The position numbers were made by a program, and so were the translations under genes. Under the pieces are notes generated by a model, which had not been told where the DNA came from, searched no databases, and was given only the letters and a program-made list of their open reading frames with translations. A DNA stretch of 64,000 nt from a phage. The stretch is from sequence record PZ445454.1. One strand, written 5' to 3'. Below, piece by piece: positions 28,255 to 37,937 of this stretch. Positions within the stretch are counted from its first letter, which is position 1; every line of letters begins with the position of its first letter.

Positions 28255-28575
28255 ATGAGCAAAGTTTATAACACTCGCAAATTACAGATTTTCGTACTGT
28301 GCCAGTTTATGGCTAAAGAATATAACTTCTACTATTGTGGTACAGGTTTTATTAGTGATGATGATGGCTCATACCTCCCATTCAAAGAAGCTGTAAAACT
28401 CTTTAATGAAGAGAAAAGCTCTAAGAAAGATATTGAAAAGGTTAAGCTAACCTACAGCAAGAAAGATAAGAAGATTATCTGCCTAGATAACTTTGTAAAA
28501 GTTACTGGAGAAGCAAAAGAGTTTATGGATGAGAGTGAGATTTCATTCACAAGCATCTTGAAAGTAGCTCAGTAA
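28255..28575 (+). CDS. hypothetical protein
   Basis: 106 aa ORF. Confidence 0.5.
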   Translation: MSKVYNTRKLQIFVLCQFMAKEYNFYYCGTGFISDDDGSYLPFKEAVKLFNEEKSSKKDIEKVKLTYSKKDKKIICLDNFVKVTGEAKEFMDESEISFTSILKVAQ

Positions 28576-28625
28576 ACAGATACTATAAGGGGACTGTAAA
28601 GGTTCCCTTTTATTTTGGAGATGAT

Positions 28626-29141
28626 ATGTATCTGTCAAACCTAAAACGTTCTGCTGCAATGTCAGTGCTAAGACTCAGCTTTGAGGAACGTCAAGAGTTC
28701 ATTGACTCCCACCAATACGACCCTTCTAACTCCAATCACATGATTCTCTGGAATCGTGGCAGTACTCGTGAAAGAGCACTATTCCGTTACTACCCGCATT
28801 ACACCATAGATAACCTGTATGAGTGTTTTGTTGTGAAGAACACCATTACAGTACTCAATAAACTTTGCAGATACACAGGTAGTCAATCCTTCACATTAGG
28901 CCACCACAAACCTGTTACAAAGGGTGGTGAGCATCACTGTGCAAACTGGTTTATCCAGACTAAACTTGATAACCAGAAGCAAGGGGATAACCTTCTAAGC
29001 ACACCTAAGATGACCTATGAAGAGCAAGAGAAATATATCAAAAATAATATGCCAGGTGTGCTTGACAACAACTATACAGATTTGGCAATATCTCTCCTGT
29101 TGAAGTTCGAGACAGTTTATAGGGCAACTTACAATGGCTAA
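28626..29141 (+). CDS. HNH endonuclease-like protein
   Basis: 171 aa; GHHKPVTKGGEHHCANW...N motif. Confidence 0.45.
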   Translation: MYLSNLKRSAAMSVLRLSFEERQEFIDSHQYDPSNSNHMILWNRGSTRERALFRYYPHYTIDNLYECFVVKNTITVLNKLCRYTGSQSFTLGHHKPVTKGGEHHCANWFIQTKLDNQKQGDNLLSTPKMTYEEQEKYIKNNMPGVLDNNYTDLAISLLLKFETVYRATYNG

Positions 29142-29412
29142 AGAGAAGTGGGAGATTTTACCATTAGTCAGTGAAGGTGGTAATGGTTGTGAAATGTACA
29201 TGATACGTGGTCATGTTCCAGAACCAATTGCGCTTGAGATGGTAAACAACTTTACAGATGGCTCTTACAAAGACTTAGGGGAGCCAACTATAAAGCAGCA
29301 ATGGGTAAAGCCTGTACCAGACAGCACAGGTAACTGTAGTGTACTTTATCACGTTGTAGACCCTGCAAAATGCAAATCTGCAATGGCAGTAACAAACGTA
29401 ACTTTTGATTGA
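29134..29412 (+). CDS. hypothetical protein
   Basis: 92 aa ORF. Confidence 0.45.
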   Translation: MAKEKWEILPLVSEGGNGCEMYMIRGHVPEPIALEMVNNFTDGSYKDLGEPTIKQQWVKPVPDSTGNCSVLYHVVDPAKCKSAMAVTNVTFD

Positions 29413-29423
29413 GAGATAAAACT

Positions 29424-30305
29424 ATGAAAACTGTTATTGAAGCCGTCGTCACCGCACAAGAGAAATTCTTCCACACAGAAAAATTCAATATCATTCAATT
29501 CCCATCTGGAGAAATTGGTGGAAACTTCTCTGAAGATTTTGTTAAGTTTACTGAGCGTAATGCTGGTAAGATTGATAATGTTATAATTACTGTACAGGGA
29601 TATGACAAAGATACACTGTTTGCATTAGCTTTGGCTAAGGATGCCGTTGACAGTCTTGTTCCCCAGAAATCAGCGATGAAAACCATTGTTTTCGGGTTCT
29701 TACCAAATGCTCGATATGACCGCCACATGTTCAAAGGTGATGCAGCAGCACTGAAAGTCTTTGCCAACCTAGTTAATGCAATGGGTTTTGATGCAGTATG
29801 TGCTCTTGACCCTCACAGTAATGTTGCAGAAAACTTATTTAAGTGCTTTCAAAGCATGAAGCAAAAAGATGTGGCAGTACACTTTGCAAGTGACCCACGC
29901 ATTGATTTCTTGGTAGCCCCAGATGCAGGTGCAGCTAAGAAGACTGAAGACACCGCTAAAGAGGTGGATAAACCGTATATCACAATGTCTAAGGTGCGCA
30001 ATCTTAAGACTGGAGAAATTACTGGTATGCGAATCCTTGATGATGTTGATTTGACAGATAAAACTGTCATGATTCTGGATGATATTTGTGATGGAGGCCG
30101 AACCTTCGTAGAGGCAGCGAAACACCTACGCGAAGCAGGTGCAAAACGTGTGGAACTCTATGTAACACATGGAATTTTCTCTAAAGGTGTTGAAAACTTG
30201 CTTGACAACGGAATCGACCATATCTACACTACAAACACTTTAGGTGAAGCTAAAGACCGTGGCTTAACACATTACGGTCAAGTGACTGTAGCAACCATTG
30301 ACTGA
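29424..30305 (+). CDS. ribose-phosphate pyrophosphokinase (PRPP synthetase)-like protein; candidate ADP-ribose pyrophosphokinase of a NAD+ reconstitution pathway
   Basis: PRTase-type motif MILDDICDGGRTF and PRPP-synthetase-like N-terminal half; ORF track start 29409 is non-ATG, ATG at 29424; immediately upstream of the NAMPT-like gene. Confidence 0.7.
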   Translation: MKTVIEAVVTAQEKFFHTEKFNIIQFPSGEIGGNFSEDFVKFTERNAGKIDNVIITVQGYDKDTLFALALAKDAVDSLVPQKSAMKTIVFGFLPNARYDRHMFKGDAAALKVFANLVNAMGFDAVCALDPHSNVAENLFKCFQSMKQKDVAVHFASDPRIDFLVAPDAGAAKKTEDTAKEVDKPYITMSKVRNLKTGEITGMRILDDVDLTDKTVMILDDICDGGRTFVEAAKHLREAGAKRVELYVTHGIFSKGVENLLDNGIDHIYTTNTLGEAKDRGLTHYGQVTVATID

Positions 30306-30313
30306 GATTTTAT

Positions 30314-30336
30314 AGGGGCTTGAAAGCCCCATTTTG
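30314..30336 (+). terminator. hairpin (terminator-like)
   Basis: GGGGCTTGAAAGCCCC followed by ATTTT. Confidence 0.4.
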
Positions 30337-30350
30337 AGAGAGACTAAAAG

Positions 30351-32132
30351 ATGACTAAATCACTTTACGCAGTACCAGCAGGTTTAAATGCAGATGCTTA
30401 CAAATCTGGTCATGTTTACCAGTACCCTAGTGCAACAGAATACTTGATGTTCAACCTGACACCACGTAGTGATAAATGGTTTAACAGCCCCTTAGCAATT
30501 GATGGTGTAGTGGCTTTTGGTATTCAGCGTTTTGTTAAAGATTACTTGATAGACCACTGGAACGCAACTTTCTTTGAGCGTGATAAAAAAGAAGCAATTG
30601 ACGAAATCTTAGAAGTCATGAATGGTGTTCTGGGTAAAGATGCTATCGGTCGAGAGCATTGGGAAGCACTTCACGACTTAGGCTATCTACCAGTTGAAGT
30701 ATATGCTGTAGAAGAAGGTACAGTTGTCCCTATGCGTGTCCCAATGATTGTCTTCCAGAACACTGTTTCAGGCTTCCATTGGGTAGCAGGTTATCTGGAA
30801 GATGCTTTCTCTGCTGAGATTTGGAAGGCTTGTACCATTGCAACTATTGCATTGCACTACAAACGCATCTGTAAGAAGTGGGCTGACCTTACTTGCGACA
30901 ATGACTTACATTTACCTTATCAGTGCCATGACTTTGCTATGCGTGGTATGTCCGGCTTTACTGATGACGCATTTAACGCTGTAGGCCACTTAACCAGCTT
31001 TAAAGGAACTGATAGCTTCCCTGCTGTGTATACGGCTAAACGAATATATGGACAGTCTTACCCAATCTCTGATATTGGTAGTTCTGTACCAGCCACTGAG
31101 CACTCTGTAATGTGTGCAAACATTGCTTGGGAAGGTGGTAATGAGTTGATTGAAGAAGAAAGACGCTTTAAAGGTGAGTTGCAAACCTTCCGTCGTTTCT
31201 TAACAGAAACTTACCCAACTGGTATTGCAAGTATTGTTTCAGATACTTATAACTTCTGGAGAACCGTGTCAGAAATCTTGCCAGCACTTCGTAAAGAAAT
31301 TATGGAACGTGATGGTAAGCTGGTAATTCGCCCTGACTCTGGAGACCCTGTACATATTGTCACAGGTTATAAAGCAATCCACTTAGAGTGTGCTAAGAAG
31401 GCTTATTACGAGCATCTAAGCAAGCTGGAAGCTAGTGACACAATGTTGGATGCTGTTCTGAACATGAAGCTTGAAAACATCAGCTATGGTATTGCTGGAT
31501 GGCTACTATCAGAAGGCTACGAAATGGTTGTTGACAGAGAAGACTTTGAAGTTGCTGATACAGTGATGTTGAAAAATGCTTATATGGTTGGTTCTGCAAA
31601 CGTTGTAACACGTCCTGTAGCTGAGATTGATGGAGCTATTAAGACACTGTACAACATCTTTGGAGGAACTACTAACTCTAAAGGGTTTAAGGTGCTGGAT
31701 GAGCATATCGGCCTTATCTATGGTGACTCTATCACGCTGGAACGTGCAAACGAAATCCTGAAGCGTCTGTATGAAATGGGTTTTGCAAGCTCTAACGTAG
31801 TGTTTGGTGTAGGCTCTTACACTTACCAGTACATGACTCGTGATACCTTTGCATTTGCTGTCAAAGCAACCCTTGCAAGCATTGGTGGTAAAGAGATTAT
31901 GCTTGCAAAAGACCCTAAAACAGATAGTGGTGTTAAGAAGTCTGCCTTTGGTGGTGTATCACCTATGTGGGATGGTGATAAGCTGAAAGCTGTAGATGGC
32001 TATGGATTCCAGAGTTTTGCAGATGTACTTGACCACCCAGCTTGTGCTTTACGTTTAGTCTTTAGTGACTCTGAGCAGTTCGGTTACACAACTCTTGGTG
32101 ATATTCGAAACAATATTGACAAGCAGCTTTAA
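30351..32132 (+). CDS. nicotinamide phosphoribosyltransferase (NAMPT/NadV)-like protein
   Basis: 593 aa; N-terminal DAYKSGH motif and length typical of the NAMPT family. Confidence 0.75.
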   Translation: MTKSLYAVPAGLNADAYKSGHVYQYPSATEYLMFNLTPRSDKWFNSPLAIDGVVAFGIQRFVKDYLIDHWNATFFERDKKEAIDEILEVMNGVLGKDAIGREHWEALHDLGYLPVEVYAVEEGTVVPMRVPMIVFQNTVSGFHWVAGYLEDAFSAEIWKACTIATIALHYKRICKKWADLTCDNDLHLPYQCHDFAMRGMSGFTDDAFNAVGHLTSFKGTDSFPAVYTAKRIYGQSYPISDIGSSVPATEHSVMCANIAWEGGNELIEEERRFKGELQTFRRFLTETYPTGIASIVSDTYNFWRTVSEILPALRKEIMERDGKLVIRPDSGDPVHIVTGYKAIHLECAKKAYYEHLSKLEASDTMLDAVLNMKLENISYGIAGWLLSEGYEMVVDREDFEVADTVMLKNAYMVGSANVVTRPVAEIDGAIKTLYNIFGGTTNSKGFKVLDEHIGLIYGDSITLERANEILKRLYEMGFASSNVVFGVGSYTYQYMTRDTFAFAVKATLASIGGKEIMLAKDPKTDSGVKKSAFGGVSPMWDGDKLKAVDGYGFQSFADVLDHPACALRLVFSDSEQFGYTTLGDIRNNIDKQL

Positions 32133-32145
32133 AAGTATATGATAA

Positions 32146-32168
32146 GAGGCTCCTACGGGAGCCTTTTT
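32146..32168 (+). terminator. intrinsic terminator
   Basis: GGCTCC-TACG-GGAGCC followed by TTTTT. Confidence 0.6.
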
Positions 32169-32185
32169 AATTTCTGGAGAAGACT

Positions 32186-32530
32186 ATGGATAACCTTTCT
32201 ATATGGTTCAATAAGGAACCTGTACAACCTAAATACTTACAAGTTGCCTATACAGACATCCTTGAAGTTCTCGGTAAAGAAAAGTTTGAAAAGTTCTGTG
32301 AAGGTATCTATAATCACCACTGTCAGTTTGCTACGAAAGAGGGTATGTTTGTCATAGAACAGTTCTTTGGCAGAGACCCAGATGACTATGAAGAGATTAG
32401 CTTTGTAATGAAATACATGATAGAGTATATTGAGAATCGTGGATTCGAAGTTAATCCTGAATTTTATGAACATGAGGGTGTACCTTTAGCAAAAGGTTTT
32501 GACGGTATACTTGTTAACTGGACTTGGTAA
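32186..32530 (+). CDS. hypothetical protein
   Basis: 114 aa ORF. Confidence 0.5.
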   Translation: MDNLSIWFNKEPVQPKYLQVAYTDILEVLGKEKFEKFCEGIYNHHCQFATKEGMFVIEQFFGRDPDDYEEISFVMKYMIEYIENRGFEVNPEFYEHEGVPLAKGFDGILVNWTW

Positions 32531-32871
32531 AAGCTATGAAAATCAAAGAGATGAACATCAACGTTGTCCTAGAAGAACGTTGGGAGAATATTAAGAAACC
32601 CGAAGATGGTAAAAAGTTTCTTAACAAAATTTTAGTAGCAGCTAAAGAAGAACTGACTGGTAAGGTTGCAGCAGCAATCACAATAAAAGTCTGTGTAAAA
32701 GGTCTTCCACAACATCACCAATTTGCTCTTGATGAGTTTAAAGAAAACTTCTACAATCCAAACAAACAGATGCTTGAAAGTAACTTTGCAGTGTCTACAA
32801 GTATCGTCCATGACAGAAGTTTTATCCTTTACAAAAATATGAGAGGTGAGCCATGCAAGCATATTGGATAG
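32524..32871 (+). CDS. hypothetical protein
   Basis: 115 aa ORF. Confidence 0.45.
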   Translation: MVKAMKIKEMNINVVLEERWENIKKPEDGKKFLNKILVAAKEELTGKVAAAITIKVCVKGLPQHHQFALDEFKENFYNPNKQMLESNFAVSTSIVHDRSFILYKNMRGEPCKHIG

Positions 32872-33029
32872 AAATTTTACTGTCACTTGGTAGTGTAGCA
32901 GTATTTGTTTACCTTCTTTGCAAGTACTATGCAGAGCACAAGAAGTGTGACTACTGTAACGGAGAAGGGTATACAAGAGCAGGTTGTTGCCCTATGTGTG
33001 GCGGTTCTGGTAAAATGTTTAATAAGTAA
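32853..33029 (+). CDS. small membrane-anchored zinc-ribbon protein (58 aa, below ORF-track cutoff)
   Basis: Own translation MQAYWIEILLSLGSVAVFVYLLCKYYAEHKKCDYCNGEGYTRAGCCPMCGGSGKMFNK; TM helix plus CxxCxGxG-type motifs. Confidence 0.35.
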   Translation: MQAYWIEILLSLGSVAVFVYLLCKYYAEHKKCDYCNGEGYTRAGCCPMCGGSGKMFNK

Positions 33030-33057
33030 TTTAACAGTAAACTAAGAGGAAAGTATT

Positions 33058-35424
33058 ATGCGCATGGTAAATGACCACGCAGAAGTGATTAAGAGTTCAA
33101 CTTCTTTGGAGACATCTCAAGCTCAGATTACAATGACACCTGAAATGTTCAGTCTTCTGAGTTCTGGTGTATATACCTTTAAAGAGAGGGCAGTGATTCG
33201 TGAACTGTCATGTAATGCAGTAGATGCTCAGAAAGAAGCTGGAAAAGAGAATATCCCGTTCCATGTGCATTTACCTACTCGTTTTGAGCCTTACTTTGAA
33301 GTCCGTGATTTTGGAACTGGATTGACTCATGATAAAGTTATGAGTTTGTATCTGAACTACGGGGCTTCTACGAAGAATGACTCTAATGATTACATTGGCG
33401 CAATGGGTATCGGCTCAAAATCCCCATTTGCAATTGCTCAGTCATTCACAGTATCTAGTTATGTTGATGGTGTTGTTAATAAGTACTCTGTTTACCTTGA
33501 GAATGGTATCCCTCAAGTAACTAAGCTTACTACTAACCCAACAAATGAACCCAATGGTTTAGCTGTACGTGTAGCAGTTGCTGACCACCGTATTTCAAAG
33601 TTCTTTGAAGAGGCTGGTCACGTATATTCATACTTTGCTGTAAAACCAGAAAGCAATATTGTATATGATGATGTGTTAGCAGATATGAACGTCATTGCCC
33701 GTGAAGAGGGTGTTTATGATGCTATGATTCATAAGCAAAGTTGGCGTTCTAGTGGTAACAGGACAGAGTTTAATGTGGTGATGGGTAACATTGCCTACCC
33801 TGTTAACATGGAAGCATTACTTGGTGATGATTTCTTCAAAGTCTTGCCAGAGTTTTTCCGTAGGAGTGTAGACCTTGTAAACATCTACATGCCTATTGGT
33901 TCAGTTGCTATAGCAGCTTCTCGTGAAGCATTGCAGATGAATGATACGACAAAAAATGTTATCATTGAGGCTACTAAAAAGATAACTGAAGCAATTACAA
34001 AGGATGTTATCAAGAAAGTTAATAGTCAACCTACACTCATGGATGCTGCACAGGCTTATGCTGAGTTACGTTTGAACTCACGAGAGATGTTTAATGCTGT
34101 GTGTCCGAAGCTGGAGTGGGGTGGCGTTAAGCTTGATTCTCTGGAAGAAGAATTACTAAACATTCGTCGTGGGATTATCTACGCAGAAGACGGCTCAGTC
34201 ATTTATGAACGTGACGGCAAAGGTAATATTAAGGTTGACAGTAAAGGAAACAACATTCCTAAAGTGGACTACCTATACAATCCAGTTGCTTATGTCAAGT
34301 TCAACTCTTTAGAGAGTAAGATTCGTGCAACAGCACTTTCCTACACTCAAGAGGCAAGTATGTTCAATATCTTTGGTGCAATGCGTAAAAGCCAAATTGA
34401 ACAGTTTTTGTTCGTGATTAATGACCGTCGCAATAAAAACGGAACTGAGAAGACTGTAGGACGCAATCAAATCTTGCGTGGTGCATGTCGAGACTACGCC
34501 AATGAGTCAAGTCTGTTTCACAGATACAATGGTATTGTGTTTGTTTTCTCGACTGAAAAAGAGCTAGATGACTTAATCAACCTACACAAACTTGATAAAA
34601 GCTTGTTAAAGATTGTGAAGATGTCTGATAAGGAACATCACTATCAGCGTAAAGAAGCTGTGAGGGGTGTTGTAAAACTCTGGAAAGCTGTTCCAGCAGA
34701 AGGTGTAGCTTCCTATAAAGAGGTTTCAGAGGACTTTGATACAATTGAAGAACCTCAGCTTTACATTAAGGCAGTTGGTGACACAGTTGATGGCGAATGT
34801 TTTTGCTCATCTCCAGAAGATGTAGCTAAGTCAGTCGCTAATGTTATAGGGAAGACAGTCTATGTTTTCCGAAAAGCAAATTGGAAAAAGATACCAGAAG
34901 ACTGGATTGAAGTAGATGAGAAACTATTGAATGACAGCCTAACTGATGTTCACTGGATTAATCATAACAGGTATATGACACGTATCTATATGAATGGTGT
35001 CCTTGACCTTACAAGTAGTTGGATTATTGCCAGAAACTTTACGTTTAATAACAAGAAGATTTCTCGCGGGTATTGCTATTCACGAGATACATACAAAACC
35101 ATCTTCTTAGAAGGTAATGAGAATGCTGTTGAGGCAATGTTTGGTAAGATTCAGTATGTGGCTGCACCGTTTGCATACACTTACACTATCAGTGTTCTTC
35201 AGGATTTGAAGTCATGCCTTGACAATGATACAAAACTGTACAAAAAGATTAAGAAAGCGGGTGACCGCATGGTTATCAAACTGACAAACTACCTTTCAAA
35301 AAGAAAACAAGAAAACTTCTTGCTTTCCCATTTAGATTGGAATAAAGTGTCACCCATCGAAGTGAGTAAGTTCTTAGGCTTTGATGTGAAGTGTGTTCCA
35401 GAAGGGACTACAATTTACGATTAA
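33058..35424 (+). CDS. GHKL-type ATPase domain protein, rIIA-like
   Basis: 788 aa; N-terminal Bergerat-fold motifs ELSCNAVDA (N-box), DFGTGL (G1), GAMGIGSKS (G2); rIIA proteins carry such a domain as far as I recall. Confidence 0.6.
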   Translation: MRMVNDHAEVIKSSTSLETSQAQITMTPEMFSLLSSGVYTFKERAVIRELSCNAVDAQKEAGKENIPFHVHLPTRFEPYFEVRDFGTGLTHDKVMSLYLNYGASTKNDSNDYIGAMGIGSKSPFAIAQSFTVSSYVDGVVNKYSVYLENGIPQVTKLTTNPTNEPNGLAVRVAVADHRISKFFEEAGHVYSYFAVKPESNIVYDDVLADMNVIAREEGVYDAMIHKQSWRSSGNRTEFNVVMGNIAYPVNMEALLGDDFFKVLPEFFRRSVDLVNIYMPIGSVAIAASREALQMNDTTKNVIIEATKKITEAITKDVIKKVNSQPTLMDAAQAYAELRLNSREMFNAVCPKLEWGGVKLDSLEEELLNIRRGIIYAEDGSVIYERDGKGNIKVDSKGNNIPKVDYLYNPVAYVKFNSLESKIRATALSYTQEASMFNIFGAMRKSQIEQFLFVINDRRNKNGTEKTVGRNQILRGACRDYANESSLFHRYNGIVFVFSTEKELDDLINLHKLDKSLLKIVKMSDKEHHYQRKEAVRGVVKLWKAVPAEGVASYKEVSEDFDTIEEPQLYIKAVGDTVDGECFCSSPEDVAKSVANVIGKTVYVFRKANWKKIPEDWIEVDEKLLNDSLTDVHWINHNRYMTRIYMNGVLDLTSSWIIARNFTFNNKKISRGYCYSRDTYKTIFLEGNENAVEAMFGKIQYVAAPFAYTYTISVLQDLKSCLDNDTKLYKKIKKAGDRMVIKLTNYLSKRKQENFLLSHLDWNKVSPIEVSKFLGFDVKCVPEGTTIYD

Positions 35425-35429
35425 AGTGT

Positions 35430-35459
35430 TTGACAAGGGGCTTCAAAGCCCCTTAGAAT
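35430..35459 (+). promoter_or_regulatory. candidate promoter with hairpin in the spacer
   Basis: TTGACA-AGGGGCTTCAAAGCCCC-TTAGAAT upstream of 35504. Confidence 0.4.
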
Positions 35460-35503
35460 AGCCTTACAAAATGATTTATTAACTAACAAGAGAGAGTAAT
35501 AAG

Positions 35504-36610
35504 ATGACTACTAAAACTAAAGCACAGATTGACGCAGAAATTTACGAACTGGTTAAAGAAGGTAAGCTGACTAAAACAGCTATTGCACAGAAGTTCAATA
35601 CTTCAACCCGTTCAGTTGGTCGTGCTGTAGAGCGTCATGAAGCAACCTTAAAAGGTAAGAAAAAGGTAGCTTCTAAACCAGCTACGAAGACTTTGAAGCA
35701 AGTTGCTAAATCAGTTAAAAAGAAAGCTGACAAGCCAGTTAAAAAGGCTGTTAAAGAGCCTGTACAGAAAGCTCCGGTAAATAAACTGCATGAAGCTATG
35801 CAGAATGGTAACCAGATTGAGTATATGATTACTGGCGATTCTGTTATCATGACTTTCGGTGCAGATTCTGAAATCGTTGAATCTACCCATCCGAACTACA
35901 AAGAAATTGTGATGGCTGTTGTATCCGGTGAGTATAAGAAAGCTTTCGAACTGATGAACATTCGTAAGTCTATCGAAAACTTCACTCAGGGTGCTATCAC
36001 CATCAAAGGTGATAAGCTATTCTATGGTGCTGTTGAGATGCGTTCTACTCTGGTTGACCGTATTCTTCACATGATGAAGACTGGTGATAAAGGTTTTGAA
36101 CGACTTGTAATGTTCTTCGAAAAACTGATGGAAAACCCATCTAAAGGTTCTGTAGAACAACTGTGGGGATTCATATCTCACCTTGATGTTGAAATTGATG
36201 AAGAAGGCTACATTATCGGTTGGAAAAAGGTACAAAGTAAAGCTGACGGTTCTCTGGTAGACAGCCACACCCATAAAGTACCTAATGACTTAGGTAACCT
36301 AGTTGAGATGCCTCGTTGGATGGTTGATAGTGACCCTAACCGCACTTGCTCTCAGGGTTTACATGTTGGTGCATGGGAATACGTATCATGTTTTGGAGGT
36401 GATACCATCCTGAAAGTTCGTGTCCACCCACGAGATGTTGTATCTGTTCCGATTGATTACAACGATATGAAGATGCGTGTATCAGCTTATGAGTCTTTTG
36501 CGATTGTTGACAGCAACCGTAAAGTTATCAAGACTCACTCTGGCTCTGGTGGTCATCGTGTAGTAATTGGTTCTCACGGCGAGTTAATCTCCAAGACACC
36601 ACGCGTTTAA
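35504..36610 (+). CDS. hypothetical protein, possible rIIB-like partner of the upstream ATPase
   Basis: 368 aa; N-terminal HTH-like segment, lysine-rich linker, conserved-looking C-terminal domain; rIIB assignment is by position and size only. Confidence 0.5.
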   Translation: MTTKTKAQIDAEIYELVKEGKLTKTAIAQKFNTSTRSVGRAVERHEATLKGKKKVASKPATKTLKQVAKSVKKKADKPVKKAVKEPVQKAPVNKLHEAMQNGNQIEYMITGDSVIMTFGADSEIVESTHPNYKEIVMAVVSGEYKKAFELMNIRKSIENFTQGAITIKGDKLFYGAVEMRSTLVDRILHMMKTGDKGFERLVMFFEKLMENPSKGSVEQLWGFISHLDVEIDEEGYIIGWKKVQSKADGSLVDSHTHKVPNDLGNLVEMPRWMVDSDPNRTCSQGLHVGAWEYVSCFGGDTILKVRVHPRDVVSVPIDYNDMKMRVSAYESFAIVDSNRKVIKTHSGSGGHRVVIGSHGELISKTPRV

Positions 36611-36621
36611 TAGTTTACAAT

Positions 36622-36647
36622 AGGCTGCTTCGGCGGCCTTTTTTATT
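36622..36647 (+). terminator. intrinsic terminator
   Basis: AGGCTGC-TTCG-GCGGCCT followed by TTTTTT. Confidence 0.6.
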
Positions 36648-36705
36648 TGTATTTTGTGCAGAGTGCTGTATAATTGATGTCACGATAAACTAAACAGGAG
36701 AACCA

Positions 36706-37254
36706 ATGAAGAAGTTGATTCTAGGTTTGTGCTTAATGTTTACAGCACACTTATCTTATGCAGTTGACTGCCCAGAGCTATCAATTAGCCAAAAAGTAAA
36801 CATGTTAAAAGCTTACCAGTATGGTGAGAATAACATGGGTAAAGGTTGGGGTATCACTCTAGCTGCTATAGCCTTACAAGAGTCAGAGTTAGGTCTGAAG
36901 GTAGAGAATAAAAAGACACATGATTATGGTATTTTCCAGAATCACTTGAAGACTGTTGTAAAGCGTAACAAAATCAGTCCTAATGTGGCTAAAAAGAAAC
37001 TCTTAAGAGACTTTGATTATGCTGCGAAGGAAACTCACAAAGAGCTTGAGTTTTGGACAAAGGTGCATGGTCAGCCAAAGTCAAAGAAGACTTTACAAAA
37101 AGTTTTAGCATCATATAATGCTGGGTATTCGTACAGAATCCCTAAAGCTAAGAAATATTCTCAAGATGTCTATAACAACATGAAAGTCATCGCTCAATGT
37201 GAATTTGCAACAAACATTTCTAAGGTAAACCATGAAAAAATTAAGAAAGTCTGA
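36706..37254 (+). CDS. secreted lytic transglycosylase-like protein (SLT domain)
   Basis: 182 aa; signal peptide MKKLILGLCLMFTAHLSYA; SLT-like motifs ES, GIFQ and SYNAG. Confidence 0.55.
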   Translation: MKKLILGLCLMFTAHLSYAVDCPELSISQKVNMLKAYQYGENNMGKGWGITLAAIALQESELGLKVENKKTHDYGIFQNHLKTVVKRNKISPNVAKKKLLRDFDYAAKETHKELEFWTKVHGQPKSKKTLQKVLASYNAGYSYRIPKAKKYSQDVYNNMKVIAQCEFATNISKVNHEKIKKV

Positions 37255-37927
37255 TGAAGTACTGTGTCATGCTTATGACTTACATCCTCATGAGTTAGGT
37301 CTTGATTCCTGTGTATGGACTCCAGAACAGTGTAGGGATTTTGAAGACACCGCAAGAGAAGTTGTATGTTCACTTGAAGAGTTCCACACATCAGAGCCAA
37401 TTGTGAATGTTGTAGATAAAGAGACTGGACAAACTATAGGTGTAAGTCGTGATAGCTTAGTCATAGTCAATAAAGACCTTGTAGAAAAAGGGAATCTTAT
37501 CTTAGCAGATATTGATGGTGTTCTTACAAATTTTAATCACGAAGATTGTTCAACGGAATTGACTGATGGTTCATTTTCACAGTATACTAATCTTCTTGAC
37601 TCTGTAAGAGCAAAACCAACGTATGTTTTCAATATCATTGATGCAATTGCTAATCATGCTGCTGTTGGACTCTTGACAGCAAGAGGTGAATCTCAGAGAA
37701 TACCTACTGAGATGTTTTTAAGGCATAATACAGAGCATGATTACATGCTTTTTATGCGTGGTTTTGGAACTAACTCTATAAGTGCAGAAAGTTTAAAAGT
37801 AAGGATGATTCAGTCTTGCATTCTACCTTACTTTAATATAGTATGTTTTATAGAAGATACAGAGAAGAATGTTCAGAAGGTAAACAGAATCCTTCCACAC
37901 ATTAAAACTATGTTAGTAAAACATTGA
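37232..37927 (+). CDS. hypothetical protein, possible HAD-like phosphatase/nucleotidase
   Basis: 231 aa; LADIDGVLTNF resembles HAD motif I; weak. Confidence 0.35.
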   Translation: MKKLRKSDEVLCHAYDLHPHELGLDSCVWTPEQCRDFEDTAREVVCSLEEFHTSEPIVNVVDKETGQTIGVSRDSLVIVNKDLVEKGNLILADIDGVLTNFNHEDCSTELTDGSFSQYTNLLDSVRAKPTYVFNIIDAIANHAAVGLLTARGESQRIPTEMFLRHNTEHDYMLFMRGFGTNSISAESLKVRMIQSCILPYFNIVCFIEDTEKNVQKVNRILPHIKTMLVKH

Positions 37928-37937
37928 GAGAAAACTT

